The position numbers were made by a program, and so were the translations under genes. DNA of 64,000 nucleotides from a virus (Duplodnaviria > Caudoviricetes): IMG/VR virus record IMGVR_UViG_3300043447_000710, positions 1 to 64,000 of that record. The stretch is one strand, 5' to 3'. This document shows positions 9,269-16,238 of the stretch, piece after piece. The notes beneath the pieces were generated by a model. It saw only the letters and a program-made list of their open reading frames with translations. It was not told the origin of the DNA and did no database searches. The first letter of the stretch is position 1. Each line of letters begins with the position of its first letter.

Positions 9269-9955
9269 TTAGATTTCGTCATGCGCTGCCCCGTTATGAC
9301 GAACCTCAGCCACCATAAACGGACGCCGCTTATAGCCGTTACCGGAGTACATCAAAGACGTACCCGAAAGCTGGGCAAAGGCACCCTTGAATCCAGGACA
9401 ATCCAAGGCTAGACCGGCGGCCTCACCTATAGATTTGCCAGAGCGACTAGCCTGCTCTGCGTTGGATACTTTCGTATCCCAAATAAGAGCCATAAACTCT
9501 TCGCCTTTTGGGAGGCTGAGAACGAATTGCTTATCGTTCCCAGCCTCCTTTAGAACCCAAGAGCGAATTTTTTGTTCGCTCTTAGAGTCTAAATACCCTA
9601 GATCGAAGAGTTGATTTACATCAACGTAGCCAGTCGTTAAGTTCCGCCAGCGGCTTTTCTCAGCCTCGGAATATTCGCCAGCTTTAAGCTGGGTCATTTT
9701 TCCTTGTTCTGGAATGTAACCGATGCCGATTTTTACCTCGGCATATAAATCCTTACCTTCAGCTACTAACTGAGGTTTGAATAGATATAACCTGACGCAA
9801 CCACTCTGACCATCGTAAATCGCCGAACCAGGAATGCGTAAAAACGCTTTCCCAGCAAAGGCTCCGTCTTCAGGGTACGAAACCCATTCGATTAACTCGT
9901 CGGCATAGTACTTGCCGGCGATGTGTTCTTGAACCTGAGTTAAGTTGACGGACAT
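9269..9955 (-). CDS. hypothetical protein with acidic C-tail (HDEI), paralog of 1771-2466
   Basis: AAGGAG RBS; shared motifs with 1771-2466. Confidence 0.8.
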   Translation of the reverse strand: MSVNLTQVQEHIAGKYYADELIEWVSYPEDGAFAGKAFLRIPGSAIYDGQSGCVRLYLFKPQLVAEGKDLYAEVKIGIGYIPEQGKMTQLKAGEYSEAEKSRWRNLTTGYVDVNQLFDLGYLDSKSEQKIRSWVLKEAGNDKQFVLSLPKGEEFMALIWDTKVSNAEQASRSGKSIGEAAGLALDCPGFKGAFAQLSGTSLMYSGNGYKRRPFMVAEVRHNGAAHDEI

Positions 9956-10014
9956 AATTAATGACTCCTTACTTGTTTATGCGACGCTACCTAGCTAAGC
10001 TTTACAAGCTAGCT

Positions 10015-10058
10015 GCGGTAGATTCGCATAAAAAGGAAGTAGCTTTAAGCTACTTCCT
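10015..10058 (-). promoter_or_regulatory. hairpin-ACCRC element, copy 4
   Basis: GCGGT-AGATTCG-CAT-AAAAA-GGAAGTAGCTT t AAGCTACTTCC. Confidence 0.75.
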
Positions 10059-10065
10059 TAATTAG

Positions 10066-10311
10066 TTAGTCAATAGTTCGCAGAAGATGATAACCCATTT
10101 CCGCCAACCAGGCTCTAGCCAGCCTGTTTAGATCGTGTGGATGTAAGTCTTCAAGCTTTCGCTCGTACTTATACCCTTCTAGGTAAATTTGCCAATCTAC
10201 CTTTAACATTCGGCTTTCTCCTATGTACGTCCATAAGACGTACACATAGTCTATGGTGCCTTGTGGTAACCAAGGAGTGCCGCCAGCATAGTTTTCAGGC
10301 AACTTATACAT
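10066..10311 (-). CDS. hypothetical early protein
   Basis: 81-aa ORF between repeat copies 4 and 5. Confidence 0.65.
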   Translation of the reverse strand: MYKLPENYAGGTPWLPQGTIDYVYVLWTYIGESRMLKVDWQIYLEGYKYERKLEDLHPHDLNRLARAWLAEMGYHLLRTID

Positions 10312-10332
10312 AAATTTCAGCTTAGTTAAGCT

Positions 10333-10376
10333 GCGGTAAGTACATATAAAAAGGAGGGAGCAAAAGCTCCATCCTT
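10333..10376 (-). promoter_or_regulatory. hairpin-ACCRC element, copy 5
   Basis: GCGGT-AAGTACA-TAT-AAAAAGGAGGGAGC aaaa GCTCCATCCTT. Confidence 0.75.
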
Positions 10377-10382
10377 CATTAA

Positions 10383-10970
10383 TTAATCAGCCCTTATGCA
10401 ATTAACAAAGGCTCGACTTTCATCGAGCCCTTTCAGGACTGGGTAGTAATGCCACCGTTCGAATAGCTCCTCCCAGAAAGCAGCGTACACGACCAACGTC
10501 CCATAGCTGTCAAAGCCGTAGAACAGCTCGTCAAGTATGTCCTCAACAAAGACGCTATGGTGTTGTACCAGCTCGTAGATAAGCTGCTCGCGAGTAAAGG
10601 AAATAGCTTTAGCGTAATACTTACGTTTAAGCAATTTGCTTTCGTTTTCAAAGACTCCATCTTCGTGAAGATAGAAAGTCTTCGGAAACACTGGCTTTTG
10701 ATACCAGCGACCGAAGTCACTAGTATCAAAAGCCATTACCGCAAACAGCTCGGCTGGCGAGCAGTAATCATACAAGCCAAGTTTGGCTTTTAGATTAAGA
10801 CTTTTTCCTAATAACGTAGCTTCTTCTTTAGGCGAGACGCCTTCACCCCAGAAGAGATGTTCGATCTCATGCCAACTAATTGGCAGGGTGCTGGCTGAGA
10901 TACTTGCGACCTTACCATCAAGGTAAAGTGTGAAAGAATTCCAGCCGAAAAAAGTAATACTGTTAGACAT
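10383..10970 (-). CDS. hypothetical early protein
   Basis: GGAGTCAACACC-ATG leader; 195 aa. Confidence 0.75.
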   Translation of the reverse strand: MSNSITFFGWNSFTLYLDGKVASISASTLPISWHEIEHLFWGEGVSPKEEATLLGKSLNLKAKLGLYDYCSPAELFAVMAFDTSDFGRWYQKPVFPKTFYLHEDGVFENESKLLKRKYYAKAISFTREQLIYELVQHHSVFVEDILDELFYGFDSYGTLVVYAAFWEELFERWHYYPVLKGLDESRAFVNCIRAD

Positions 10971-10998
10971 GGTGTTGACTCCATATAATTTACATGAG

Positions 10999-11041
10999 GT
11001 GGTAACCTCATATAAAAAGGGAAGGAGATTATCTCCTTCCC
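10999..11041 (-). promoter_or_regulatory. hairpin-ACCRC element, copy 6
   Basis: GTGGT-AACCTCA-TAT-AAAAA-GGGAAGGAGAT t ATCTCCTTCCC. Confidence 0.75.
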
Positions 11042-11047
11042 TTCTCC

Positions 11048-11170
11048 TTATTTAGCCGAGACTTTTACAAAGCTGTAAAAGTCTCGGCATCCAACACCAA
11101 CAGCCGCTACAACTCCTGTAGCGACTAAGATTTGGATTGTGACGCACAAAAGTACAGCGAACTTATTCAT
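11048..11170 (-). CDS. small membrane peptide (40 aa), absent from the ORF track
   Basis: AAGGAG RBS; MNKFAVLLCVTIQILVATGVVAAVGVGCRDFYSFVKVSAK; fills one repeat unit exactly. Confidence 0.7.
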   Translation of the reverse strand: MNKFAVLLCVTIQILVATGVVAAVGVGCRDFYSFVKVSAK

Positions 11171-11200
11171 GAGTTTGACTCCTTTTTATGTGGATTTGAA

Positions 11201-11242
11201 GCGGTAACCGCACATAAAAAGGAAGGAGGATTTCTCCTCCCT
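11201..11242 (-). promoter_or_regulatory. hairpin-ACCRC element, copy 7
   Basis: GCGGT-AACCGCA-CAT-AAAAAGGAAGGAGGATTTCTCCTCCCT. Confidence 0.75.
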
Positions 11243-11249
11243 AACTAGG

Positions 11250-11585
11250 TTAGCTGTGTTTAGCTTTGCGCTGAGCTTTACGCTTAACGCTTATGCGTTT
11301 CTTTAGAGCCTTGCGGTCTAAAGTTATTTTCCACTCCTGACTATGCCGACGAAGACTCGCCAGCGTATCGTACTCCCACTCAGAAGCTACACGCTTCTGA
11401 CCAGTTGTGTTAGCGTCTTCTAAATGCGCTAACAAGTCTTCTTCAAGAGTACCTAAATATTCTTGAAGAAGACTAACATCCACAGCTTCTTTAGCCGCGC
11501 GATGCAACAACACTCGTCCCCAACGGAGACGATCGCTGTTATCTAATGCGAAGTTAAAGTTTTCTAGCGCTTGAGAGAAGTTCAT
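11250..11585 (-). CDS. hypothetical early protein with basic C-terminus
   Basis: GGAGTCAACACC-ATG leader; 111 aa. Confidence 0.75.
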   Translation of the reverse strand: MNFSQALENFNFALDNSDRLRWGRVLLHRAAKEAVDVSLLQEYLGTLEEDLLAHLEDANTTGQKRVASEWEYDTLASLRRHSQEWKITLDRKALKKRISVKRKAQRKAKHS

Positions 11586-11688
11586 GGTGTTGACTCCATA
11601 TAATTTACATGACTTTACAACTCAGAGTAATTCAATTGCTGGATTCTACGTCACCATAGACCTATAGCTAACTTACTTTACATGTGTT

Positions 11689-11734
11689 GCGGTAAGGACA
11701 TATAAAAAGGAGGGGGCTAAGCCCCTTCCTTTTT
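11689..11734 (-). promoter_or_regulatory. hairpin-ACCRC element, copy 8
   Basis: GCGGT-AAGGACA-TAT-AAAAAGGAGGGGGCT a AGCCCCTTCCTTTTT. Confidence 0.75.
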
Positions 11735-11738
11735 AAAG

Positions 11739-12452
11739 CTATTCTCGGAGACATTCCTCATAGAAGATGTCTGCGATCTGCTCTAATGTGAGCCGCTCTA
11801 CCGCGAACTCACGCTGAACCCAACTCCAGTAGGAGCTGAAGTTTTCGAAGTTTATAGGCTTGTATGTCGAGCAGTAAACTTCGAAAACAGCCTGAAGATC
11901 CACCTCAGGTGTTTCTTCCACTTGAGTGGAGTCATACTCCTCCAGCTCAGGGTAATAACGCTCTAGCCACTCTTTCATGGCTAGAGCGTGCCGCTGCTCT
12001 GCAGGGAACTTTTCTTGGAGCCACTCAGAGGTGGCATCCCGCGGGGAAAGCTCTTGCCCCGCGTAGCTGACGCGGAACCGTTCGCTTCCGTTTGGGTTAT
12101 AGGCCCAAACAACGTTTTCGATCGATGATCGGCGGCGCGAACCGATCCCATCGCCCTCATGGAAGCTCTCAATGCTTCCATGCTCATAACTCCATTTGAT
12201 GGAGTTGTATTTTTCGCAATCATCTGTGAGGGATTGCGGCACCGGATTAGCCTCAAGCCAAGGCTCAATAACGTCGATATTGATTACGACAAGCCAGTTG
12301 TCGTAATCAATATTTACCCCTTGATGAGGGTAAATTATAAGATCGGCGTCCCGATCAAAACAATAGATAACGGCGAATTTCTCGCCGGCATCTATTTTTA
12401 CTATCTCTCCTCCAAGGAGGTTGGCAATCTGAAGGGTAACTTTAGCAGTCAT
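11739..12452 (-). CDS. hypothetical acidic early protein
   Basis: start re-called at ATG 12452 (MTAKVT) behind GGAG. Confidence 0.75.
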   Translation of the reverse strand: MTAKVTLQIANLLGGEIVKIDAGEKFAVIYCFDRDADLIIYPHQGVNIDYDNWLVVINIDVIEPWLEANPVPQSLTDDCEKYNSIKWSYEHGSIESFHEGDGIGSRRRSSIENVVWAYNPNGSERFRVSYAGQELSPRDATSEWLQEKFPAEQRHALAMKEWLERYYPELEEYDSTQVEETPEVDLQAVFEVYCSTYKPINFENFSSYWSWVQREFAVERLTLEQIADIFYEECLRE

Positions 12453-12551
12453 GATTAACTCCATTTTTATGTTTACGTGACATCTCCACTACTTCAAGTT
12501 TGATTGCCGGTTTCCATCTAAAGATGGCCTAGCTAACTTACTTTATTAGTA

Positions 12552-12596
12552 GCGGTTAAGTCACATAAAAAGGAAGTCCGCAAGATGCGGACTTCC
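12552..12596 (-). promoter_or_regulatory. hairpin-ACCRC element, copy 9
   Basis: GCGGT-TAAGTCA-CAT-AAAAA-GGAAGTCCGCA aga TGCGGACTTCC. Confidence 0.75.
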
Positions 12597-12601
12597 AATA
12601 C

Positions 12602-12844
12602 TTAATAACGCCCTTCGTAATGGGCGTAATAACATTGAACACCTAGGTGTTCAATGGTTTTGAGCTCCCCAAGGAGCTCTGCTCTGGCTTCCCAGAGCAG
12701 GCCTAGATCTTCGGGATCTAAGCCGAGTTCCGTCTTTCGGAACTCCAGATCGAGCTGCAGCTCGATCTGCGCTACTTGCAAGCGCAGGGCTTGCGCTTGC
12801 AAGTAAATACCGTACGCCTTGCGTACGTTGTAAGTAACTTTCAT
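12602..12844 (-). CDS. hypothetical helical early protein
   Basis: AGGAGAGG RBS; 80 aa. Confidence 0.7.
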   Translation of the reverse strand: MKVTYNVRKAYGIYLQAQALRLQVAQIELQLDLEFRKTELGLDPEDLGLLWEARAELLGELKTIEHLGVQCYYAHYEGRY

Positions 12845-12943
12845 AACCTCTCCTTAGGCTATGTGTTTACAGCTTTTCCTTAACTTCAAGTTCCCTCCCC
12901 GATTCCCATACTCAGATGGTCTAGCAAAGGTACTTTATCCGTA

Positions 12944-12986
12944 GCGGTTAAGCTATATAAAAAGGAAGCCCCTTTACGGGGCTTCC
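12944..12986 (-). promoter_or_regulatory. hairpin-ACCRC element, copy 10
   Basis: GCGGT-TAAGCTA-TAT-AAAAA-GGAAGCCCC tttac GGGGCTTCC. Confidence 0.75.
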
Positions 12987-12993
12987 AAAAAAA

Positions 12994-13317
12994 TTATTTA
13001 ACAAACACCCACTTTACGGGCATTTGTAGGACCTCTGAGGAGGTCCATTTTTCCCCTTCGGCCAGGCGCCGAGGGGTTGTGACCAGGCCGGCTAAGACTT
13101 GGTCAAAACCCCAAACGGGGTTAACCATCACCCGATTAGCGGGGATGGTTACCCCACTAAGGGTGGATAAGATTTCGGCGAAGTCGGCATGGCCGACCGC
13201 CGAGGTGAACTCTTGCTCCGTTAGGAGCACTTTGACCTCTTCCGAGGTCAAAGTTTTGACCAGCACCGGGGTCTCGCCCCAGATGGTGTTTGGTAACGAG
13301 TTCATAACGTACAGCAT
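12994..13317 (-). CDS. acrIII-1: AcrIII-1 / DUF1874 (STIV B116/YddF-like) cA4 ring nuclease, anti-type III CRISPR
   Basis: LYVMNS, FTSAVGH (catalytic His), IPANR and RRLAEG motifs; 107 aa, typical size. Confidence 0.85.
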   Translation of the reverse strand: MLYVMNSLPNTIWGETPVLVKTLTSEEVKVLLTEQEFTSAVGHADFAEILSTLSGVTIPANRVMVNPVWGFDQVLAGLVTTPRRLAEGEKWTSSEVLQMPVKWVFVK

Positions 13318-13418
13318 ACTGCCCTCCTTGGGCTAAAATTTACATGACTTCTGCACTACTTCAAGTTCAATCCCCGGATCTCCTGTTCAAAGGGCCTAGC
13401 AAATCTAGTTTATCCGTA

Positions 13419-13461
13419 GCGGTTTGGTCAGATAAAAAGGAAGCCCCTTTATGGGGCTTCC
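13419..13461 (-). promoter_or_regulatory. hairpin-ACCRC element, copy 11
   Basis: GCGGT-TTGGTCA-GAT-AAAAA-GGAAGCCCC tttat GGGGCTTCC. Confidence 0.75.
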
Positions 13462-13464
13462 AAT

Positions 13465-13818
13465 TTAAAAAAACTCTACGAGTTCTTTTATTAGGTCTAG
13501 ATTACGATCTAGACCATTAAGAACTCTGAGACTTTCGTCCCAGAATTCTTTAATTGTAGGATCGGGGTTATCCCCGAGGACTGCCTCATGCACGAGGAGA
13601 ACCAAATTCTCCTCGGCTTTACTGGGCTTTAGCCCAGTGACTGCATGATTGCCTTCATGCAGTACTTCGAAGCCTTGAACTTCGACAGTCCAAGGCTTAT
13701 TTACTGAGAGGGGATCTAGTCCCCACTCGGCAACAAAAGTTTGGGCGATAACATACGCCCAGAAGGCCCGTTCCCGGAGCCAAATGGCGTATGTTATCGC
13801 CGGAATTAATTCCAGCAT
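13465..13818 (-). CDS. hypothetical early protein
   Basis: 117-aa ORF occupying one repeat unit. Confidence 0.7.
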   Translation of the reverse strand: MLELIPAITYAIWLRERAFWAYVIAQTFVAEWGLDPLSVNKPWTVEVQGFEVLHEGNHAVTGLKPSKAEENLVLLVHEAVLGDNPDPTIKEFWDESLRVLNGLDRNLDLIKELVEFF

Positions 13819-13843
13819 AATTCACCTTGCTACTTCTGCTGTA

Positions 13844-13886
13844 GCGGTAAAGTCGCTGAAAAAGGAAGGAGCCTTGGCTCCTTCCT
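13844..13886 (-). promoter_or_regulatory. hairpin-ACCRC element, copy 12
   Basis: GCGGT-AAAGTCG-CTG-AAAAA-GGAAGGAGCC tt GGCTCCTTCC. Confidence 0.75.
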
Positions 13887-13892
13887 AAAAAA

Positions 13893-14558
13893 TTATTGTT
13901 TAGAGTTCTTATAACTCAGGTAAGTGTCGATCCACTCTGGGATCATCCAGCCCAGTTGGGGGAGGTCTACGACGACGTAGCGCTCCCCATTACCACCAGA
14001 AAAGGCCTTGGTGTCGTCGCCATCGGCGACTAACCACTCCTCTCGACTCCACCGCTCGGATGGATTATCGACAAAGCGATAATCTACCCGAGCAACTGGC
14101 TCGGTAAAGAATATCGTCTCCCAGGTGCATGGGACATCTGTGTACAGATGTCCATTGCCGGCCTCAATTGAGGCCTGTAGGGGTTTTATCCCCTCGTGGA
14201 GTATTGGGATGTCTGGGGTGTGCACCGCTCGGAGTACGAACTCCGACGTGTCCTCAAAATTAAGGGAGTACGCACAGGTGTACTCCTTAGGAATCTCGAC
14301 CTCCGAAAAGGCCTTCAAGCCGTGTTTCGGCTTGGAAGTAAAGAATTCCCACACTATAGTGGGAACAGCGTAACAGTAGAAGGGAGTTAACTCCTCCCCT
14401 TTACTGTTAAAAAATATCATCTCCCGCTGAGGGCGGAATTCGCCCTCATGGAGAATCTTCATGTAATCGTCCCGGCGGACGAACAGCAGAGGGCTGCTGT
14501 TCGCTTGAGTGAGGCGCCCAAGCACGACTTGTTCGGTTCCGTTGAAATCTAAATTCAT
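13893..14558 (-). CDS. hypothetical early protein
   Basis: 221-aa ORF occupying one repeat unit. Confidence 0.75.
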   Translation of the reverse strand: MNLDFNGTEQVVLGRLTQANSSPLLFVRRDDYMKILHEGEFRPQREMIFFNSKGEELTPFYCYAVPTIVWEFFTSKPKHGLKAFSEVEIPKEYTCAYSLNFEDTSEFVLRAVHTPDIPILHEGIKPLQASIEAGNGHLYTDVPCTWETIFFTEPVARVDYRFVDNPSERWSREEWLVADGDDTKAFSGGNGERYVVVDLPQLGWMIPEWIDTYLSYKNSKQ

Positions 14559-14573
14559 ATTTCTACCTTTTTA

Positions 14574-14622
14574 GCGGTAAGGACGCTAAAAAAGGAAGAG
14601 CTAAATATAGCTCTTCCTTTTT
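14574..14622 (-). promoter_or_regulatory. hairpin-ACCRC element, copy 13
   Basis: GCGGT-AAGGACG-CTA-AAAAAGGAAGAGCTA aata TAGCTCTTCCTTTTT. Confidence 0.75.
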
Positions 14623-14624
14623 AA

Positions 14625-14726
14625 TTAAGGCTCGATACTTGATGGCCGCCAACCATCTTTAAATCGACGAACGGCATAGCCGGCAAACTGCTCGGCTATG
14701 TTTCGGCACTTTTGAAAAGGTGTCAT
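14625..14726 (-). CDS. small protein (33 aa), absent from the ORF track
   Basis: GGAGA RBS; MTPFQKCRNIAEQFAGYAVRRFKDGWRPSSIEP; fills one repeat unit. Confidence 0.6.
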   Translation of the reverse strand: MTPFQKCRNIAEQFAGYAVRRFKDGWRPSSIEP

Positions 14727-14767
14727 AAGAATCTCCAATTAATTTGTGTGTAAACAACTTACCTATA

Positions 14768-14809
14768 GCGGTTAAGTCACTAAAAAAGGAAGGGGCTAAG
14801 CCCCTTCCT
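14768..14809 (-). promoter_or_regulatory. hairpin-ACCRC element, copy 14
   Basis: GCGGT-TAAGTCA-CTA-AAAAA-GGAAGGGGCT a AGCCCCTTCC. Confidence 0.75.
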
Positions 14810-14814
14810 AAAAA

Positions 14815-15183
14815 TTAATTAAAGATAGTAACGACTATCTGGGCTTCCACCCAGATAACTTCGTCTGCTTTGGGGCTGCCCAACCCCGAAGCGTTTAACT
14901 CTTTCCCGGCGACGACGGGCGCTGAGCCCTCGTCCCAGGACAATGTTATATGTGGGGTGTTGGGGCTTGTTAAGCCCTCGGGCAATACTGCCCGGAGGCA
15001 GTCTGTTTCCTGCCCCTTAAAGTAGGGCCCCAACCCTACTTTAATAATCTCGCCCTCCTGGGCGAGCAGATCTTCAGGCAGTTCGCCAAAGGCTAGGGTT
15101 ACTCCCCAGCCTTGAGGTTTGTTATTAAACGTACCTTCTGTAGAAGGTGCCTTTAATAAAACCGCTTTGATTAAACCTTTCAT
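14815..15183 (-). CDS. 2H phosphoesterase-like protein
   Basis: start re-called at 15183 (GGAGTCAACACC-ATG); second motif PHITLS intact, first motif degenerate (WGVTLAFG). Confidence 0.55.
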   Translation of the reverse strand: MKGLIKAVLLKAPSTEGTFNNKPQGWGVTLAFGELPEDLLAQEGEIIKVGLGPYFKGQETDCLRAVLPEGLTSPNTPHITLSWDEGSAPVVAGKELNASGLGSPKADEVIWVEAQIVVTIFN

Positions 15184-15214
15184 GGTGTTGACTCCACATC
15201 TATATTTACATGAG

Positions 15215-15256
15215 GTGGTAACCTCATATAAAAAGGAAGGGGATTTCTCCCCTTCC
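15215..15256 (-). promoter_or_regulatory. hairpin-ACCRC element, copy 15
   Basis: GTGGT-AACCTCA-TAT-AAAAA-GGAAGGGGA tttc TCCCCTTCC. Confidence 0.75.
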
Positions 15257-15261
15257 AAATA

Positions 15262-15516
15262 TTATGGATACAGTAAAGACCAGCCGGTCATACCGGCTAC
15301 TGCATTATTAATGCAAGTCGTTGAGGCGACTATTTCGCCCCCATCTTCTATACAATGGGCTGAATACTCGCCCCCTTGTTTCACGAACAGAGCGTGAGAG
15401 ACCTCTCGGTCTCCTGCGCTCCACTCAGTCTTCGTTACGAAGACTGAGACGCTTTCCGCCTTTTCCTTGGTAAATTTACCTGGGAAGTTGGCAGAGAGAT
15501 ATTCGAACTTATTCAT
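15262..15516 (-). CDS. hypothetical early protein
   Basis: GGAGTCAACACC-ATG leader; 84 aa. Confidence 0.7.
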   Translation of the reverse strand: MNKFEYLSANFPGKFTKEKAESVSVFVTKTEWSAGDREVSHALFVKQGGEYSAHCIEDGGEIVASTTCINNAVAGMTGWSLLYP

Positions 15517-15544
15517 GGTGTTGACTCCAATATATTTACATGAG

Positions 15545-15591
15545 GTGGTAACCTCATATAAAAAGGAAGTAGGTATTACCTACTCCCTTTT
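15545..15591 (-). promoter_or_regulatory. hairpin-ACCRC element, copy 16
   Basis: GTGGT-AACCTCA-TAT-AAAAAGGAAGTAGGTA t TACCTACTCCCTTTT. Confidence 0.75.
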
Positions 15592-15593
15592 AT

Positions 15594-15866
15594 CTAAGCT
15601 CGTTTAACCTGTAAGTAATACTTACCCCCGAGCTCTCGCTCGGAAATAATTATTACTTCATCGATGTTCTGAAAGAACATCAGGGCGTCACGCCCAAAGT
15701 CACAGCACTCAAACAGAACTACTTCGGAGTGGAAACTCCGAACTAGTTTCAAAAATGAATCCAACTCACTGTGATCGGTATCACAGTAGTTGAACGTGTT
15801 GACAACTACGTAGTTGTCAAGCAAACTGCTTACTTTACAACCTTCTGCGTTTAAAACTACTAACAT
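15594..15866 (-). CDS. hypothetical early protein
   Basis: AAGGAG RBS; 90 aa. Confidence 0.7.
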   Translation of the reverse strand: MLVVLNAEGCKVSSLLDNYVVVNTFNYCDTDHSELDSFLKLVRSFHSEVVLFECCDFGRDALMFFQNIDEVIIISERELGGKYYLQVKRA

Positions 15867-15883
15867 ATCTAAGCTCCTTTAAA

Positions 15884-15924
15884 GCGGTAATTACGCATAA
15901 AAAGGAAGGGGGATTTCTCCCCCT
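15884..15924 (-). promoter_or_regulatory. hairpin-ACCRC element, copy 17
   Basis: GCGGT-AATTACG-CAT-AAAAAGGA-AGGGGGA tttc TCCCCCT. Confidence 0.75.
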
Positions 15925-15931
15925 AAAAAAA

Positions 15932-16210
15932 TTATTTAACTGTCATATTACAATCATTTACTTCGATCGAGTAACGATCGAAGTAACGATCGGCTTTTAA
16001 CCGATCGTTTAACTGAGTTACAAATCGGCACGCAATCTGCCGGTCTGAAGGATGCATCTCTGCATCCTTCAGACGAGCGAGCTTACCGTTAACCTTCTTC
16101 TCTAAACGCTCAGCGCTCCGCTGAGCGTCCTGCATCTCACCATAACCAAGAAGGGTTACAATGGATGTGACAACTAAAGAACTACGAACGATAACAGCGA
16201 AAACTTTCAT
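15932..16210 (-). CDS. hypothetical protein with N-terminal hydrophobic segment
   Basis: GGAG RBS; MKVFAVIVRSSLVVTSIVTLLG. Confidence 0.7.
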   Translation of the reverse strand: MKVFAVIVRSSLVVTSIVTLLGYGEMQDAQRSAERLEKKVNGKLARLKDAEMHPSDRQIACRFVTQLNDRLKADRYFDRYSIEVNDCNMTVK

Positions 16211-16238
16211 GGTAATTACTCCATATAATTTACATGAG

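Noticed and set aside
3083-14390. Plus-strand ORFs overlapping early genes (e.g. 3083, 3856, 6467, 8077, 8771, 9387, 10557, 11864, 12159, 13079, 14125)
   Set aside because: Antisense shadows of well-supported minus-strand genes
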